64,000 nucleotides of DNA, from the IMG/VR virus record IMGVR_UViG_3300014043_000277. One strand, given 5' to 3'. The position numbers were made by a program, and so were the translations under genes. The number at the start of each line of letters is the position of its first letter. Position 1 is the stretch's first letter. The DNA is from a virus (Duplodnaviria > Heunggongvirae > Uroviricota > Caudoviricetes). Shown piece by piece: positions 55,428 through 64,000 of the stretch. The notes below the pieces were generated by a model. It did not search any database, was not told where the DNA came from, and was given only the letters and a program-made list of their open reading frames with translations.

Positions 55428-55965
55428 GTTGTATGAACCGGATTGGTTGTCCCATAGTGAGATAACAATGGATTGGCTGCGGCGCTGGTTGGATGTGCCT
55501 GCTGTGAGTGCCATGGATGCATCATGTTTGCATGTGAAATCATTGAATGCGGGTGATGATGGTTGGAATGATGCGGTTTCATGGTTGTCCGGGAATTCAA
55601 TTCATCAGCGGATTGGTTCACGGACGGTCATGCTCATTGATGATGATTCATGCATCCATGCGTGCATGATGCTGGATGGGAATGTCATTATCGGTTATGC
55701 GGAACGGTTGGATGAGAATGTGAATAATGGTTTCAATATGCTTGTGTCCTATGCGGGTGCCGTGTCCATGCGTTCAATGTTGCCGCCGTTGTCCTGTATG
55801 CATGTCGATTCGGTTGCGTTGGATGGTTCTCCGGTTGCGTATGAGGTTCACGGGAAATCATTGGAACGTGTTGATTGCATTGATGGCAGAGATTCAGTGA
55901 ATATTATCATTGGTTCCGGTGATTATATGTTCCGGTTATGATTCGGATGCGATATAATTGATTAT

Positions 55966-56967
55966 ATGGATACATATTATGATATTGTTAAGAGCGTCAT
56001 TGAGTCAACTGGCGTTGATTATGTTGAGAATGACAAGTCCGTGTGGCTTGACGGGTTGGATTTCGCTGTTCCTTCCAGGAAACTTGCGATTAAGATTAAT
56101 CGTGTAAGCATTGAGAACAATGATGTCACTGCAACCGTTCCTATCCGTGAGCGCGGTTATCATAAGAAAATGCATGATACGGTTGAGAAGGCAGGATGGG
56201 AATTGTTGTCATTGGATGACAGGCAGCTTGTTGATCCGAGCTGGTCGAACATCACGAAACCGTTTATTCTGATGAAAATCGCCGGAACAGCCGAGCATGT
56301 GATTTATGGGCGTGATGTTTCCATTATGCGCGCTGAGGTTTCGGCTGATTTGCGTTATGCGAATGATTTCCTGAAAAGGTATCATTTCGCGGGGCATGCA
56401 TCCGCACAGGATACTTTCCTTATTCGTTGTGAGAATCCGCGTAATGGCGTGCATGTCGGTGATGTCGTTGGCGTGTTCTCATTGCGTAATGTCCGTAATA
56501 AACCGGACATGATTGAAATCGCGCGTGTCGCATGGCGTCCTGGTTATCAGGTTCGTTATGGCTTGTCGAAAATCATCGATGTGATTAAAGAGACTCATCC
56601 TGAACGTCATCGTATTCTTTCATTCAGCGATAACCGAATGGGTAACGGTCAGTCATATGGCAAGGCTGGCTTCCGTTATGATGGTGATACTTCCCCTTCC
56701 CTGTGGTTCATTAATCCGGATGATCCGAATGATTCCTATTCATGGCAGGTTGCGACAAGCTGGGGTGCGAAACAGGGTGTGATTGCGAAATCATTCGAGA
56801 AGCATGGGTTGACCGTCCCGCCGAACTGCACGAATCAGAAGGCGCGTGAAATCGTTGAAACCACTCTTCCGCATCGTCATGATGGAGGCAATGGTTACAG
56901 GTCATATGTTGATTGCGCGAATAAACGATGGCTATTGGATTATGATATGAGCGCAGATAAGAAATAA
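55966..56967 (+). CDS. Hef-like endonuclease/Mom-like GNAT domain protein
   Basis: LDFAVP..LAI..YH..GWELL and FLKRYHFAG..EIARV..SFSD..G..Y..GFRY.GDT. Confidence 0.65.
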   Translation: MDTYYDIVKSVIESTGVDYVENDKSVWLDGLDFAVPSRKLAIKINRVSIENNDVTATVPIRERGYHKKMHDTVEKAGWELLSLDDRQLVDPSWSNITKPFILMKIAGTAEHVIYGRDVSIMRAEVSADLRYANDFLKRYHFAGHASAQDTFLIRCENPRNGVHVGDVVGVFSLRNVRNKPDMIEIARVAWRPGYQVRYGLSKIIDVIKETHPERHRILSFSDNRMGNGQSYGKAGFRYDGDTSPSLWFINPDDPNDSYSWQVATSWGAKQGVIAKSFEKHGLTVPPNCTNQKAREIVETTLPHRHDGGNGYRSYVDCANKRWLLDYDMSADKK

Positions 56968-57007
56968 TGTTATCATTTGTTCACATTTACGGACAAAAAG
57001 ATGGTTA

Positions 57008-57047
57008 AAAATCCGTGGGAATGTTTGATTATGTTCCCACGGATTTT
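57008..57047. terminator. Bidirectional terminator between the 55966 gene and the ftsK N-half gene
   Basis: AAAATCCGTGGGAA/TTCCCACGGATTTT. Confidence 0.75.
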
Positions 57048-57206
57048 GCATGTTTGATAATCGTAATCATTGGTTTGACGATTCATCATTATGACGCAAT
57101 CAGGATTTGATGATAATGATGTCGAACCAGGGTTCCGAAAGAATATATGAAATTTCGTAGCGGTGATTATGCCAGCATGGGATTCAATCTATTTTTTATC
57201 ATCTAA

Positions 57207-58967
57207 TCATTCATCAACCGGTTCCAATTCCAGTTCATAAAGATGTTCAGGGTTCATTATCCGTGAAACGCCTGTAACCGTCGTGTAAGCGCCGTTTGAA
57301 CCGAGAATGCGTTCTCCTTCATGTATGTCCATTAACGTCGTTTGTGAGCCATCCTCGCGCGTTATAACGGTATCCAAAGCGAGAGGCGAACCGCAATTAT
57401 GCGTCGGAATGCCATGATGACATGCATTCAACTTGTTCGCAGTGGTTTCGGCATCATGAGTCGCTGCAATCAGGAACGTGTGCGTCGGGTCATCCACACG
57501 AATGCATTTCACTGGCTCCGGTGTCATGAATGCGATTGAATACACCTGCCAGTTAATGAGTCGTTCACCATCATGCACGGGTGATAATACAGGACGTATT
57601 CCATGTTGGACAAGTTCATATATTTCCATGCTTGTCATTTCCTTGACCGGTTCGCCGGTGTCATAATCGCCTGACTGCATTGCATGCGCTGTCGCGTTCA
57701 CATCGACAGGCCAGATATGTTCCGATGCTGCTTTCACAGTATGCATCCTGTCTTTGTCATCGTTGCGATCAATGAAAACAATGCGGAACATTTCATCCGG
57801 CGTATGTGTTTCCGTGAGTCCGGTGATTGTTGTTTCAACTCCCATTTCCGATAGCACGACATCATCTTTCCGTAATGCGTCCATTCTGACTGCATTGTAT
57901 TCATCAGCGGCGTTCTTGTTCTTACGCCAGATGAGAGTGTCAACCGATAATGGAACCAACGCCATCGGGGTGACTTTCAAATCCCAGTATGCTTCGCCGG
58001 AAACGGTTCGCCCGAGTTTGATTTGATTCCATGGGCCTTTATCGAAATCAACTGGTAATGATGCCATTGTCGGCAATGGCGGCACTGTTCTCAGATAAGC
58101 GGTATGACCGGGGAAATCCCATCCGCTTATTGTTTTCATTTGACCTGGGTGTTTCTTATCCGGGACATCTCTTTCCGCGACCCATTCCGTTACATGCCCG
58201 AATGCCTCATTCAAATGCATGAGCGTATCATCGGTTCCCGCTTCACGGAATGTAGCCGGGAATGTAACCTGCATGTCCAATGGCGTTGTTCTGAATTCAG
58301 CGATGCGTGGTTGTTTCACATGTCCGCGTTTATCAGGTTTCGGGATGTCCTTTTCAAATTCTTCCAGTTCACCATCCTCCATGGCTTTCGTGCGTCCATC
58401 AGCGATTAACTGTGGCTCCTCTGATGTTGTCCATTGCCCTATTTTAATGATTTCACGTGGATTCATGTTCGCGTCAGTTCCCATGTGCGCTTTCACGACA
58501 GTGAAAATCGTATCATAAATATCCTTCTCCGCTTTTATTCTTGCTGAACCCTGCTGAGCCGCGACAACAGCCCATGACATTCCAATGAGAATGCCAATCA
58601 CTGTCAATGCGGTTTGGCTGGTGTTAATTCCCATGATTCCGATAATGGATCCAATTGCAATCAGGATTACATACAGTTTCCGCCATGTCATCGCGGCAGG
58701 ACCTGGGTCAACGGCGATTCCCCATTTGTTCCGTTTCTCCTGCTTTTTTGAAATCAATCTGGTGTCAGTTAATGCCTGTTTGATTTTCAATGTGAATTCA
58801 GGGCGTTTTGGTTCGAATAAGTCAGTTGATTTCAAACCTTTCGCACGACGTTTTTTCGGATCATTGAATGATGACTGTCGAATCATGTCGATTATCCATA
58901 GGACTAATTCCGCAAGGATAAGCGGTCCTATGGAACACGCGGCTATAACGCCTATTATCGTCATCAT
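57207..58967 (-). CDS. FtsK/SpoIIIE (coupling-protein-like) N-terminal half with TM segments, one complete intein and a split-intein N-half
   Basis: TM helices; IKLGRT..WDLKVTPMALV|intein|CGS|IntN*. Confidence 0.88.
   Translation of the reverse strand: MMTIIGVIAACSIGPLILAELVLWIIDMIRQSSFNDPKKRRAKGLKSTDLFEPKRPEFTLKIKQALTDTRLISKKQEKRNKWGIAVDPGPAAMTWRKLYVILIAIGSIIGIMGINTSQTALTVIGILIGMSWAVVAAQQGSARIKAEKDIYDTIFTVVKAHMGTDANMNPREIIKIGQWTTSEEPQLIADGRTKAMEDGELEEFEKDIPKPDKRGHVKQPRIAEFRTTPLDMQVTFPATFREAGTDDTLMHLNEAFGHVTEWVAERDVPDKKHPGQMKTISGWDFPGHTAYLRTVPPLPTMASLPVDFDKGPWNQIKLGRTVSGEAYWDLKVTPMALVPLSVDTLIWRKNKNAADEYNAVRMDALRKDDVVLSEMGVETTITGLTETHTPDEMFRIVFIDRNDDKDRMHTVKAASEHIWPVDVNATAHAMQSGDYDTGEPVKEMTSMEIYELVQHGIRPVLSPVHDGERLINWQVYSIAFMTPEPVKCIRVDDPTHTFLIAATHDAETTANKLNACHHGIPTHNCGSPLALDTVITREDGSQTTLMDIHEGERILGSNGAYTTVTGVSRIMNPEHLYELELEPVDE
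57210..57386 (-). other. IntN of split class-3-type intein (59 aa)
   Basis: PLALDTVITREDG..LMDIHEGERILGSNG..TTV (block A region), then stop. Confidence 0.85.
57396..57953 (-). other. Contiguous class-3-type mini-intein (186 aa)
   Basis: Starts PLSVDT; ASEHIW (block B), PVKCIRV (block F Cys), PTHN followed by Cys; no endonuclease domain. Confidence 0.88.
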
Positions 58968-58971
58968 GAAT

Positions 58972-59538
58972 TCATTCCTTTCCGGATAGTTTTTCAGTTA
59001 ACGTTCCCAGCCCGATACTGCCTTTAACATGCAGTTTTACACTATCATATGATATGAAATATCGTTTATTTTCATGTTCGCAATACATATAACGGCTATC
59101 CCTGCTGTTATTCAGGTTATCGCCGCGAACAAACAATGAATTCGCCGGTATTGTGAACTTATTGGATTCAATGTTTCCATTCATCCTATCGCATCCTCCG
59201 GTGTAACCGGTTTCATTATCTGCGAGAACGCCATTAACGCGGATTCTTCCATTCATGTCAATGCTTATTTCATCACCGGGGATTCCGATTACCCGTTTAA
59301 TGAGATATTCATCATCGCCTGTCCATCCGTCATCATCATGGAAAACGATGATGTCATTGCGTCCAATGTCATCATGTGATGTGGAGCCATAAACAATATC
59401 ACCATCATGCAATGCTGGCATCATGCTTTCACCGGATACATGAGCGAGATTATCCGTCATGCTTAAACCGGCACCGCAGCTTATGATTATCACTGTTATT
59501 ATAAGTATTATGCTTATTGTTTTCTGTCTTATTGTCAT
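58972..59538 (-). CDS. Signal peptidase I (S26)
   Basis: GESMMP, IKRVIGIPGD, GDN..NSRDSR. Confidence 0.92.
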   Translation of the reverse strand: MTIRQKTISIILIITVIIISCGAGLSMTDNLAHVSGESMMPALHDGDIVYGSTSHDDIGRNDIIVFHDDDGWTGDDEYLIKRVIGIPGDEISIDMNGRIRVNGVLADNETGYTGGCDRMNGNIESNKFTIPANSLFVRGDNLNNSRDSRYMYCEHENKRYFISYDSVKLHVKGSIGLGTLTEKLSGKE

Positions 59539-60860
59539 GATTTCATGTCATCATCCCCGACTTTTTCAAATACGTTGAAACCGCTTGCACCGAGAAGTTC
59601 CACGTTGCTTGTCTGCATGAATGACCGTTCGCGTATTTTATCGCCAGGCATGCTTTCCAATAATAAATCCTGCTGATCACCTTTTGTCCATGTGAGTATG
59701 ATTCCGGCGCTTGAATAAGCATTACGGACGATTTCAACGGTTTGTTTCAAATCCTCAACATCATAGGATGTTACAACCATGCGATACACGCCTTCCAGCC
59801 ATGGATTGTCGTTCTTATTAGTGTAAGCCTCCAATTCCATTGCTTTCTGATAATCCTCCTGTAAATCCAATGAAATATTATGACCTCCTGATGCCGCGTT
59901 GCCGCCCTCATCTTCCAAATCCATTTTCTGATGGGTTACTTCCTTTTTCATTTTCTTATTCGGAATAAGATCGAACCTGCCATACATGTCAAATGGCAAT
60001 CCCATTTTCTGCATCATGTAAATCCATGGTGTTCCACCTGGAACCTGCATGTTCTCAGGGAATTTACTGAATGTCAATGTCGCCCTGTATCCAGTGAGTA
60101 CATGACCCATCATTGGTTGTGAGATTTCCGTCCATAGTTTATTTTTGATGAGAATTCCGCCGAGTTCGCGAACCATGTCTCCCTTGCCCCATCTTCCATT
60201 CGCTGGAACGTCAAGATACGGTGTCGGCATTGACGGATAGAATGTGCGCTTCATGACAAGCGCGATTTCCTCGGCTTCCGGGCGCGTCGCCATCATTTCG
60301 CTGCTATGGAAGAAATTATAATAATCCTCCTCCATTGCTTTCGCGTTTTTGATTTCCTTATCACTGATTGAATAATCATCGATACCAGCCGGAACGAAAA
60401 TAATGTCCTTCACATATTGCAATGCCTGATCGAAACCGGCTTCCAGTTGACGCATGAATCCTTTCATGCTGACATCATGCCTGTCGGCCATTTTCACTCC
60501 GACGTAAATTTTACGGCTCATGTATTCACGTGATTTCAAATATTGGACTTGATTCGCGAAATATTTATTGAAACCGGGTTTCCTATCCCAGCTTTCCGTC
60601 GTGCGTAGGAATTGATCCTCCCAGTGATCAATGTCCACTGGCGTGTTCGTGATGATGAGATGCATTGGAATGCGTTCATCCTTATTCGCCATCATATCAG
60701 CGAATGCTTTCGTCATGTTGTTAAGCATGTTCAATTTGGAACCGTCATCCATGAAATCATAGCTCTGTGTATTCACGGTGAAATACGCCCATATTTCATT
60801 TTTGCTGAATACAATGTTGTCAACGATTCCGCGCATCTGAATATCTAATTTCTCTGCCAT
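59535..60860 (-). CDS. VirB4/TcpF-like conjugation protein, N-terminal domain only
   Basis: DNIVFS..EIWAYF..SYDF start and GDQ.DLLLESMPG end resemble the Gram-positive VirB4 N-domain; no Walker motifs. Confidence 0.55.
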   Translation of the reverse strand: MAEKLDIQMRGIVDNIVFSKNEIWAYFTVNTQSYDFMDDGSKLNMLNNMTKAFADMMANKDERIPMHLIITNTPVDIDHWEDQFLRTTESWDRKPGFNKYFANQVQYLKSREYMSRKIYVGVKMADRHDVSMKGFMRQLEAGFDQALQYVKDIIFVPAGIDDYSISDKEIKNAKAMEEDYYNFFHSSEMMATRPEAEEIALVMKRTFYPSMPTPYLDVPANGRWGKGDMVRELGGILIKNKLWTEISQPMMGHVLTGYRATLTFSKFPENMQVPGGTPWIYMMQKMGLPFDMYGRFDLIPNKKMKKEVTHQKMDLEDEGGNAASGGHNISLDLQEDYQKAMELEAYTNKNDNPWLEGVYRMVVTSYDVEDLKQTVEIVRNAYSSAGIILTWTKGDQQDLLLESMPGDKIRERSFMQTSNVELLGASGFNVFEKVGDDDMKS

Positions 60861-60872
60861 GATAATGTAATA

Positions 60873-62624
60873 TCAGTTTTCGCGTTCCATGATTTCCCTG
60901 AATTTTTCAGCATAGGCACGGGTGTTATCCGATGATATCCGTGAATCCATTGCGGGCATGTGTTTGGCATGGAACGCAGCGGCTGTATCCATACGGCGTT
61001 TACTATTCAATAATGTGATTTGATCCTCAAACAGGCCATCAATGTCAACAACAGGCGCATAACCCTCAAACTGCCTCATCATTTCCGTCGCTGTCTGCAA
61101 ACGGTTCAATGTCAATTCCGACAGGTTCAGATTATCATTTGCTATTTTCTCCTGAATTATCCTGTATCTTTTCGCCATTGGCAATCCAATCAATCGCGGA
61201 CGCAATTCCTTCTGTTCGATTGCAAGCGCAAGAATGTAATCCTCCGGTTGCAGATCCTTCGCATTGCCATCAATGAACACATCCGATGGTTTACGGTTAT
61301 TCTTATCCTTGCCATGCCATGCGCTGCGTTTCAATGATGATGAATCCGCGCCTGATTTCAATGACACGTACGCGATGAAATTATCCGCGAGAATCGGATC
61401 GCTGATGGTTTTATAAGCATCCATGCATTCATTTATGAATACACGGCGACCATTATCATCCGCGAGATTATGTTTACTTGCAAGCCAGTCAATGATATGA
61501 TGATATAACGGATGCACGTTATCCAATTGTCTCAGCAGCGCCTGCGGATCATCACGATACATGTCGCTTGCATCCTTATCACCGAGCGGAATCGTTGCAT
61601 ATGATTGCGATTGAATCACAGGAACCGCTTTGAATGTCCTTAAAGCGGCTTTCTGACCTGCTTCATCCGCATCGAACATGAATACAATGCGTCCATCCGG
61701 TGTAACCATTCGACGCAGCAGATTAGCATGCTCCGTTGTGAACGCCGTTCCGCTTGATGCGACAGTGTTCAATTTACCGGCATGCTGGCATGCAATCACA
61801 TCAAATTGTCCCTCAACGACATACACTGTCTTATCAACGTTTGCTTGTTTACGGGCGATATCCTCACAGAACAGGACATTGCTTTTATGGAATACAGGAT
61901 TATCAGCGGAATTCACATATTTGCCTTTTGATTTATCATCATCATAAACAATGCGTCCAGTGAAACCAATCGGATTACCGCTCATGTTACGAATGACGAA
62001 CATGAGACGCGCGCGCCATGGGAAATGCAATGAACCATCCTCCCATTTATGGGCGACACCCGATTCAATGAGTTGCTTTTCAGTGAATCCTTTTTTCATG
62101 AGCGCATTGACGACATATTTATCATCCTCCGGTGCCCATCCGAACAAATCATGATTGCATGCGTTATCAACAGGAATGTTTCTTTTGGAAACCTGACGTT
62201 TCGCCGCATGATCATCAGGAAGCCGGTCATACAGGTTTTTCAATGCTTTCGATGTTAACAATAGGATTTCACGGATTGTCTTACGAGGTGTCGCATCAGT
62301 GTCATAATCATCATTATGATAATCAATGTTAAGTTCCTCCGCAAGCATTTCCACGCCATCCATGAATGGGATTCCCTCTGTTTTCTCCATGAATGAGAAA
62401 ATGTCAAATGATTCGCCGCAACCGAAACAATGACATGTTTGAATTCCTTCCGGTGGTGGAACCATGCATGATGGTGTTTTCTCCGAGTGGAACGGGCATA
62501 GCATTTTGAATCTGTTCGGACCGGATGGTTTCACATCATAACCGTGCCGTTCAAGGAACGTGAGCATCGGCATTCTCATTTTAATCTCATCAGCAACATT
62601 ACGCAGCTTATCATTATTCACCAT
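60873..62624 (-). CDS. dnaG: DNA primase
   Basis: CHC2 finger CPFHSEKTPS..CFGC, KYVNS, TOPRIM VEGQFD, FDADEAG, KDASD. Confidence 0.95.
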   Translation of the reverse strand: MVNNDKLRNVADEIKMRMPMLTFLERHGYDVKPSGPNRFKMLCPFHSEKTPSCMVPPPEGIQTCHCFGCGESFDIFSFMEKTEGIPFMDGVEMLAEELNIDYHNDDYDTDATPRKTIREILLLTSKALKNLYDRLPDDHAAKRQVSKRNIPVDNACNHDLFGWAPEDDKYVVNALMKKGFTEKQLIESGVAHKWEDGSLHFPWRARLMFVIRNMSGNPIGFTGRIVYDDDKSKGKYVNSADNPVFHKSNVLFCEDIARKQANVDKTVYVVEGQFDVIACQHAGKLNTVASSGTAFTTEHANLLRRMVTPDGRIVFMFDADEAGQKAALRTFKAVPVIQSQSYATIPLGDKDASDMYRDDPQALLRQLDNVHPLYHHIIDWLASKHNLADDNGRRVFINECMDAYKTISDPILADNFIAYVSLKSGADSSSLKRSAWHGKDKNNRKPSDVFIDGNAKDLQPEDYILALAIEQKELRPRLIGLPMAKRYRIIQEKIANDNLNLSELTLNRLQTATEMMRQFEGYAPVVDIDGLFEDQITLLNSKRRMDTAAAFHAKHMPAMDSRISSDNTRAYAEKFREIMEREN

Positions 62625-62837
62625 GCCAACAATGATATCATCATGAGCGCACAATTGGATGGTTCTTATTTGAGTCTTAATAATGTGCATGATGGCATTG
62701 CATTCAATGATTGAATTCTGTCATCAATAAACTCAATAAGACTGTTTAGAATCATATTATGTCAGTTAATCCAATCATCTTCCCATATGAATACAAGTGC
62801 TATTCCAAGGTGTTCATATATTCAATGATATCAATAA

Positions 62838-62889
62838 TTAATGATAATGGGAACAGAAATGTTGTTGATTCTGTTCCCATTATCATTAA
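62838..62889 (-). terminator. Hairpin downstream of recA
   Basis: TTAATGATAATGGGAACAGAA/TTCTGTTCCCATTATCATTAA. Confidence 0.75.
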
Positions 62890-62902
62890 AAATCAAATTT
62901 AA

Positions 62903-64000
62903 TTATTCTTCTGTGTCATCATTTGATGACTTATTAATTGCCTTCAATGCATCATCATCACCGCGTTCCAATGCTGCTTGCAGGATAGTCTGCGTATCGG
63001 CGGAACCAGTACTGTTCAAGCATGCCAGCATGAGAGGTTCGTACTTGTCATACAGCCCGTTTTCATTCTCGCGCAGCATGGCAACTACTTTTGCTTTTCC
63101 TTGTGCAATTGTCTCGCCGGTTTCAGCATCCTTAATGAATGAACCTGATTTTTTCAGAATACCGAATTTAACACACAGGTCGAAAAGTTCATTTATTTTA
63201 TCAACGCCGATACCATTCATAATCCAGAATTCACCCTCACGCAAAGGCGGGGCAATTTTATTCTTCTTAACAACAACTTTCACTGGTGTTCCAATGAGTT
63301 CACCGGTTTTTGAATCTATTTCCGGCTTCTGCCGCGACACGCGAATACGTTGAGATGCAAAATACTTGATGGCATTTCCACCCATAGTGATATTTGGATT
63401 ACCATACATTACACCGACATTAACTCTCTCTTGGTTAATGAGAATACATGTGGTTCCTGTTTTAGCAAGAGGCGATAGAATGCGCGTCATCATCCTTCCG
63501 ACGAGTCTTGCCCTCAAACCAATCTGATCCTTGTCAATTTCTCCGGCGAGCTCTTTCTCTGAAATCAATGCTGCCACTGAATCCAATACGATTATGTCCA
63601 CGACACCGGATAGAATGAATTTCTCCATTATTGTCGCGGCCTGTTCACCTGATGTCGGACGACATACAATGAGTTTATCGATGTTCACGCCGAGTGTCGC
63701 GGCATAACGAGGATCAAGAGCCTGTTCCAAATCAATGAACACGGCATTGCCGCCATGTTTCTGGACATCCGCGATTGCATTCAATGCAAGTGATGTTTTA
63801 CCTGACGCTTCCGGTCCATAGATTTCAATGATGCGTCCACGCGGGAAACCGCCTCCCAACATGGAATCCACAACCCATGAACCGGTTGAAATTGTTTCCA
63901 CATCAATGTTTCCATTTGCAACCACAGCCGCGTCATCACCGAATTCCTTCTTGACATCCGCGACAATGGAATCGAATAGTTTCTGCCTGTCCGGTGTTGT
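62903..64000 (-). CDS. recA: Recombinase RecA (5' end beyond the window)
   Basis: GGFPRGRIIEIYGPEASGKT, DSVAAL, INQ, GGNAIKY, KNKIAPP; frame open to the window edge. Confidence 0.95.
   Translation of the reverse strand, partial: TTPDRQKLFDSIVADVKKEFGDDAAVVANGNIDVETISTGSWVVDSMLGGGFPRGRIIEIYGPEASGKTSLALNAIADVQKHGGNAVFIDLEQALDPRYAATLGVNIDKLIVCRPTSGEQAATIMEKFILSGVVDIIVLDSVAALISEKELAGEIDKDQIGLRARLVGRMMTRILSPLAKTGTTCILINQERVNVGVMYGNPNITMGGNAIKYFASQRIRVSRQKPEIDSKTGELIGTPVKVVVKKNKIAPPLREGEFWIMNGIGVDKINELFDLCVKFGILKKSGSFIKDAETGETIAQGKAKVVAMLRENENGLYDKYEPLMLACLNSTGSADTQTILQAALERGDDDALKAINKSSNDDTEE

Larger units (their letters stand above)
52362..55941 (+). pseudogene. Zinc-ribbon-repeat (DUF4379-like) endonuclease gene interrupted by an IS; segments 52362-53968 and 55428-55941
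   Basis: Repeated NDLAT.HP..W.C..GH.W..CP.C units and ELDVY..ALEFNG..WH; removing the IS restores the frame (GIMLA-M-LYEPDW). Confidence 0.85.

Noticed and set aside
55342-55941. Independent 199-aa gene
   Set aside because: Its start lies inside the IS right end; it is the 3' part of the interrupted 52362 gene.
52297-57206. Group I/II intron joining the ftsK halves
   Set aside because: Internal genes are antisense, a terminator lies in between, I recognised no intron core or RT, and intein halves explain both junctions. Not formally excluded.
1-64000. Prophage, tRNA or rRNA genes
   Set aside because: No capsid, terminase, tail or integrase genes and no recognisable structural RNA seen by eye; a tRNAscan/Infernal run is needed to exclude RNAs.

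Overview
This 64-kb window looks like part of a large, AT-rich conjugative element (megaplasmid or ICE) of an actinobacterial host, most likely Bifidobacteriaceae. The host call comes from my recognition of the nrdD/nrdG/pyrD/nucS proteins, not from a database search. There are three zones. (1) 1-14.8 kb is gene-poor and holds stand-alone cassettes (promoter, small often very acidic ORF, terminator). These cassettes share a GCGACACGCC promoter motif, three also share a hairpin leader, and several non-coding repeat families lie between them. (2) 14.8-20.7 kb is essentially non-coding, with a sharp strand-skew inversion at about 19.4-19.8 kb just upstream of a Replic_Relax-type gene (candidate ori/oriT). 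(3) 20.7-64 kb is gene-dense: PilT-, CpaE- and CpaB-like pilus genes, a NERD pair, pyrD, htpX-lemA, nucS, a deaminase, nrdDG, four related homing-endonuclease-like genes, a signal peptidase, a VirB4-like N-terminal half, dnaG and recA. The most striking feature is an FtsK/SpoIIIE-type ATPase whose Walker A motif is interrupted by two Pro-initiated class-3-type (W-C-T) inteins only 3 residues apart. The first is contiguous. The second is naturally split across two genes 4.9 kb apart, separated by antisense endonuclease-like genes, one of which is itself interrupted by a tnpB-only IS200/IS605 element. All family assignments are by motif recognition and need HMM confirmation.
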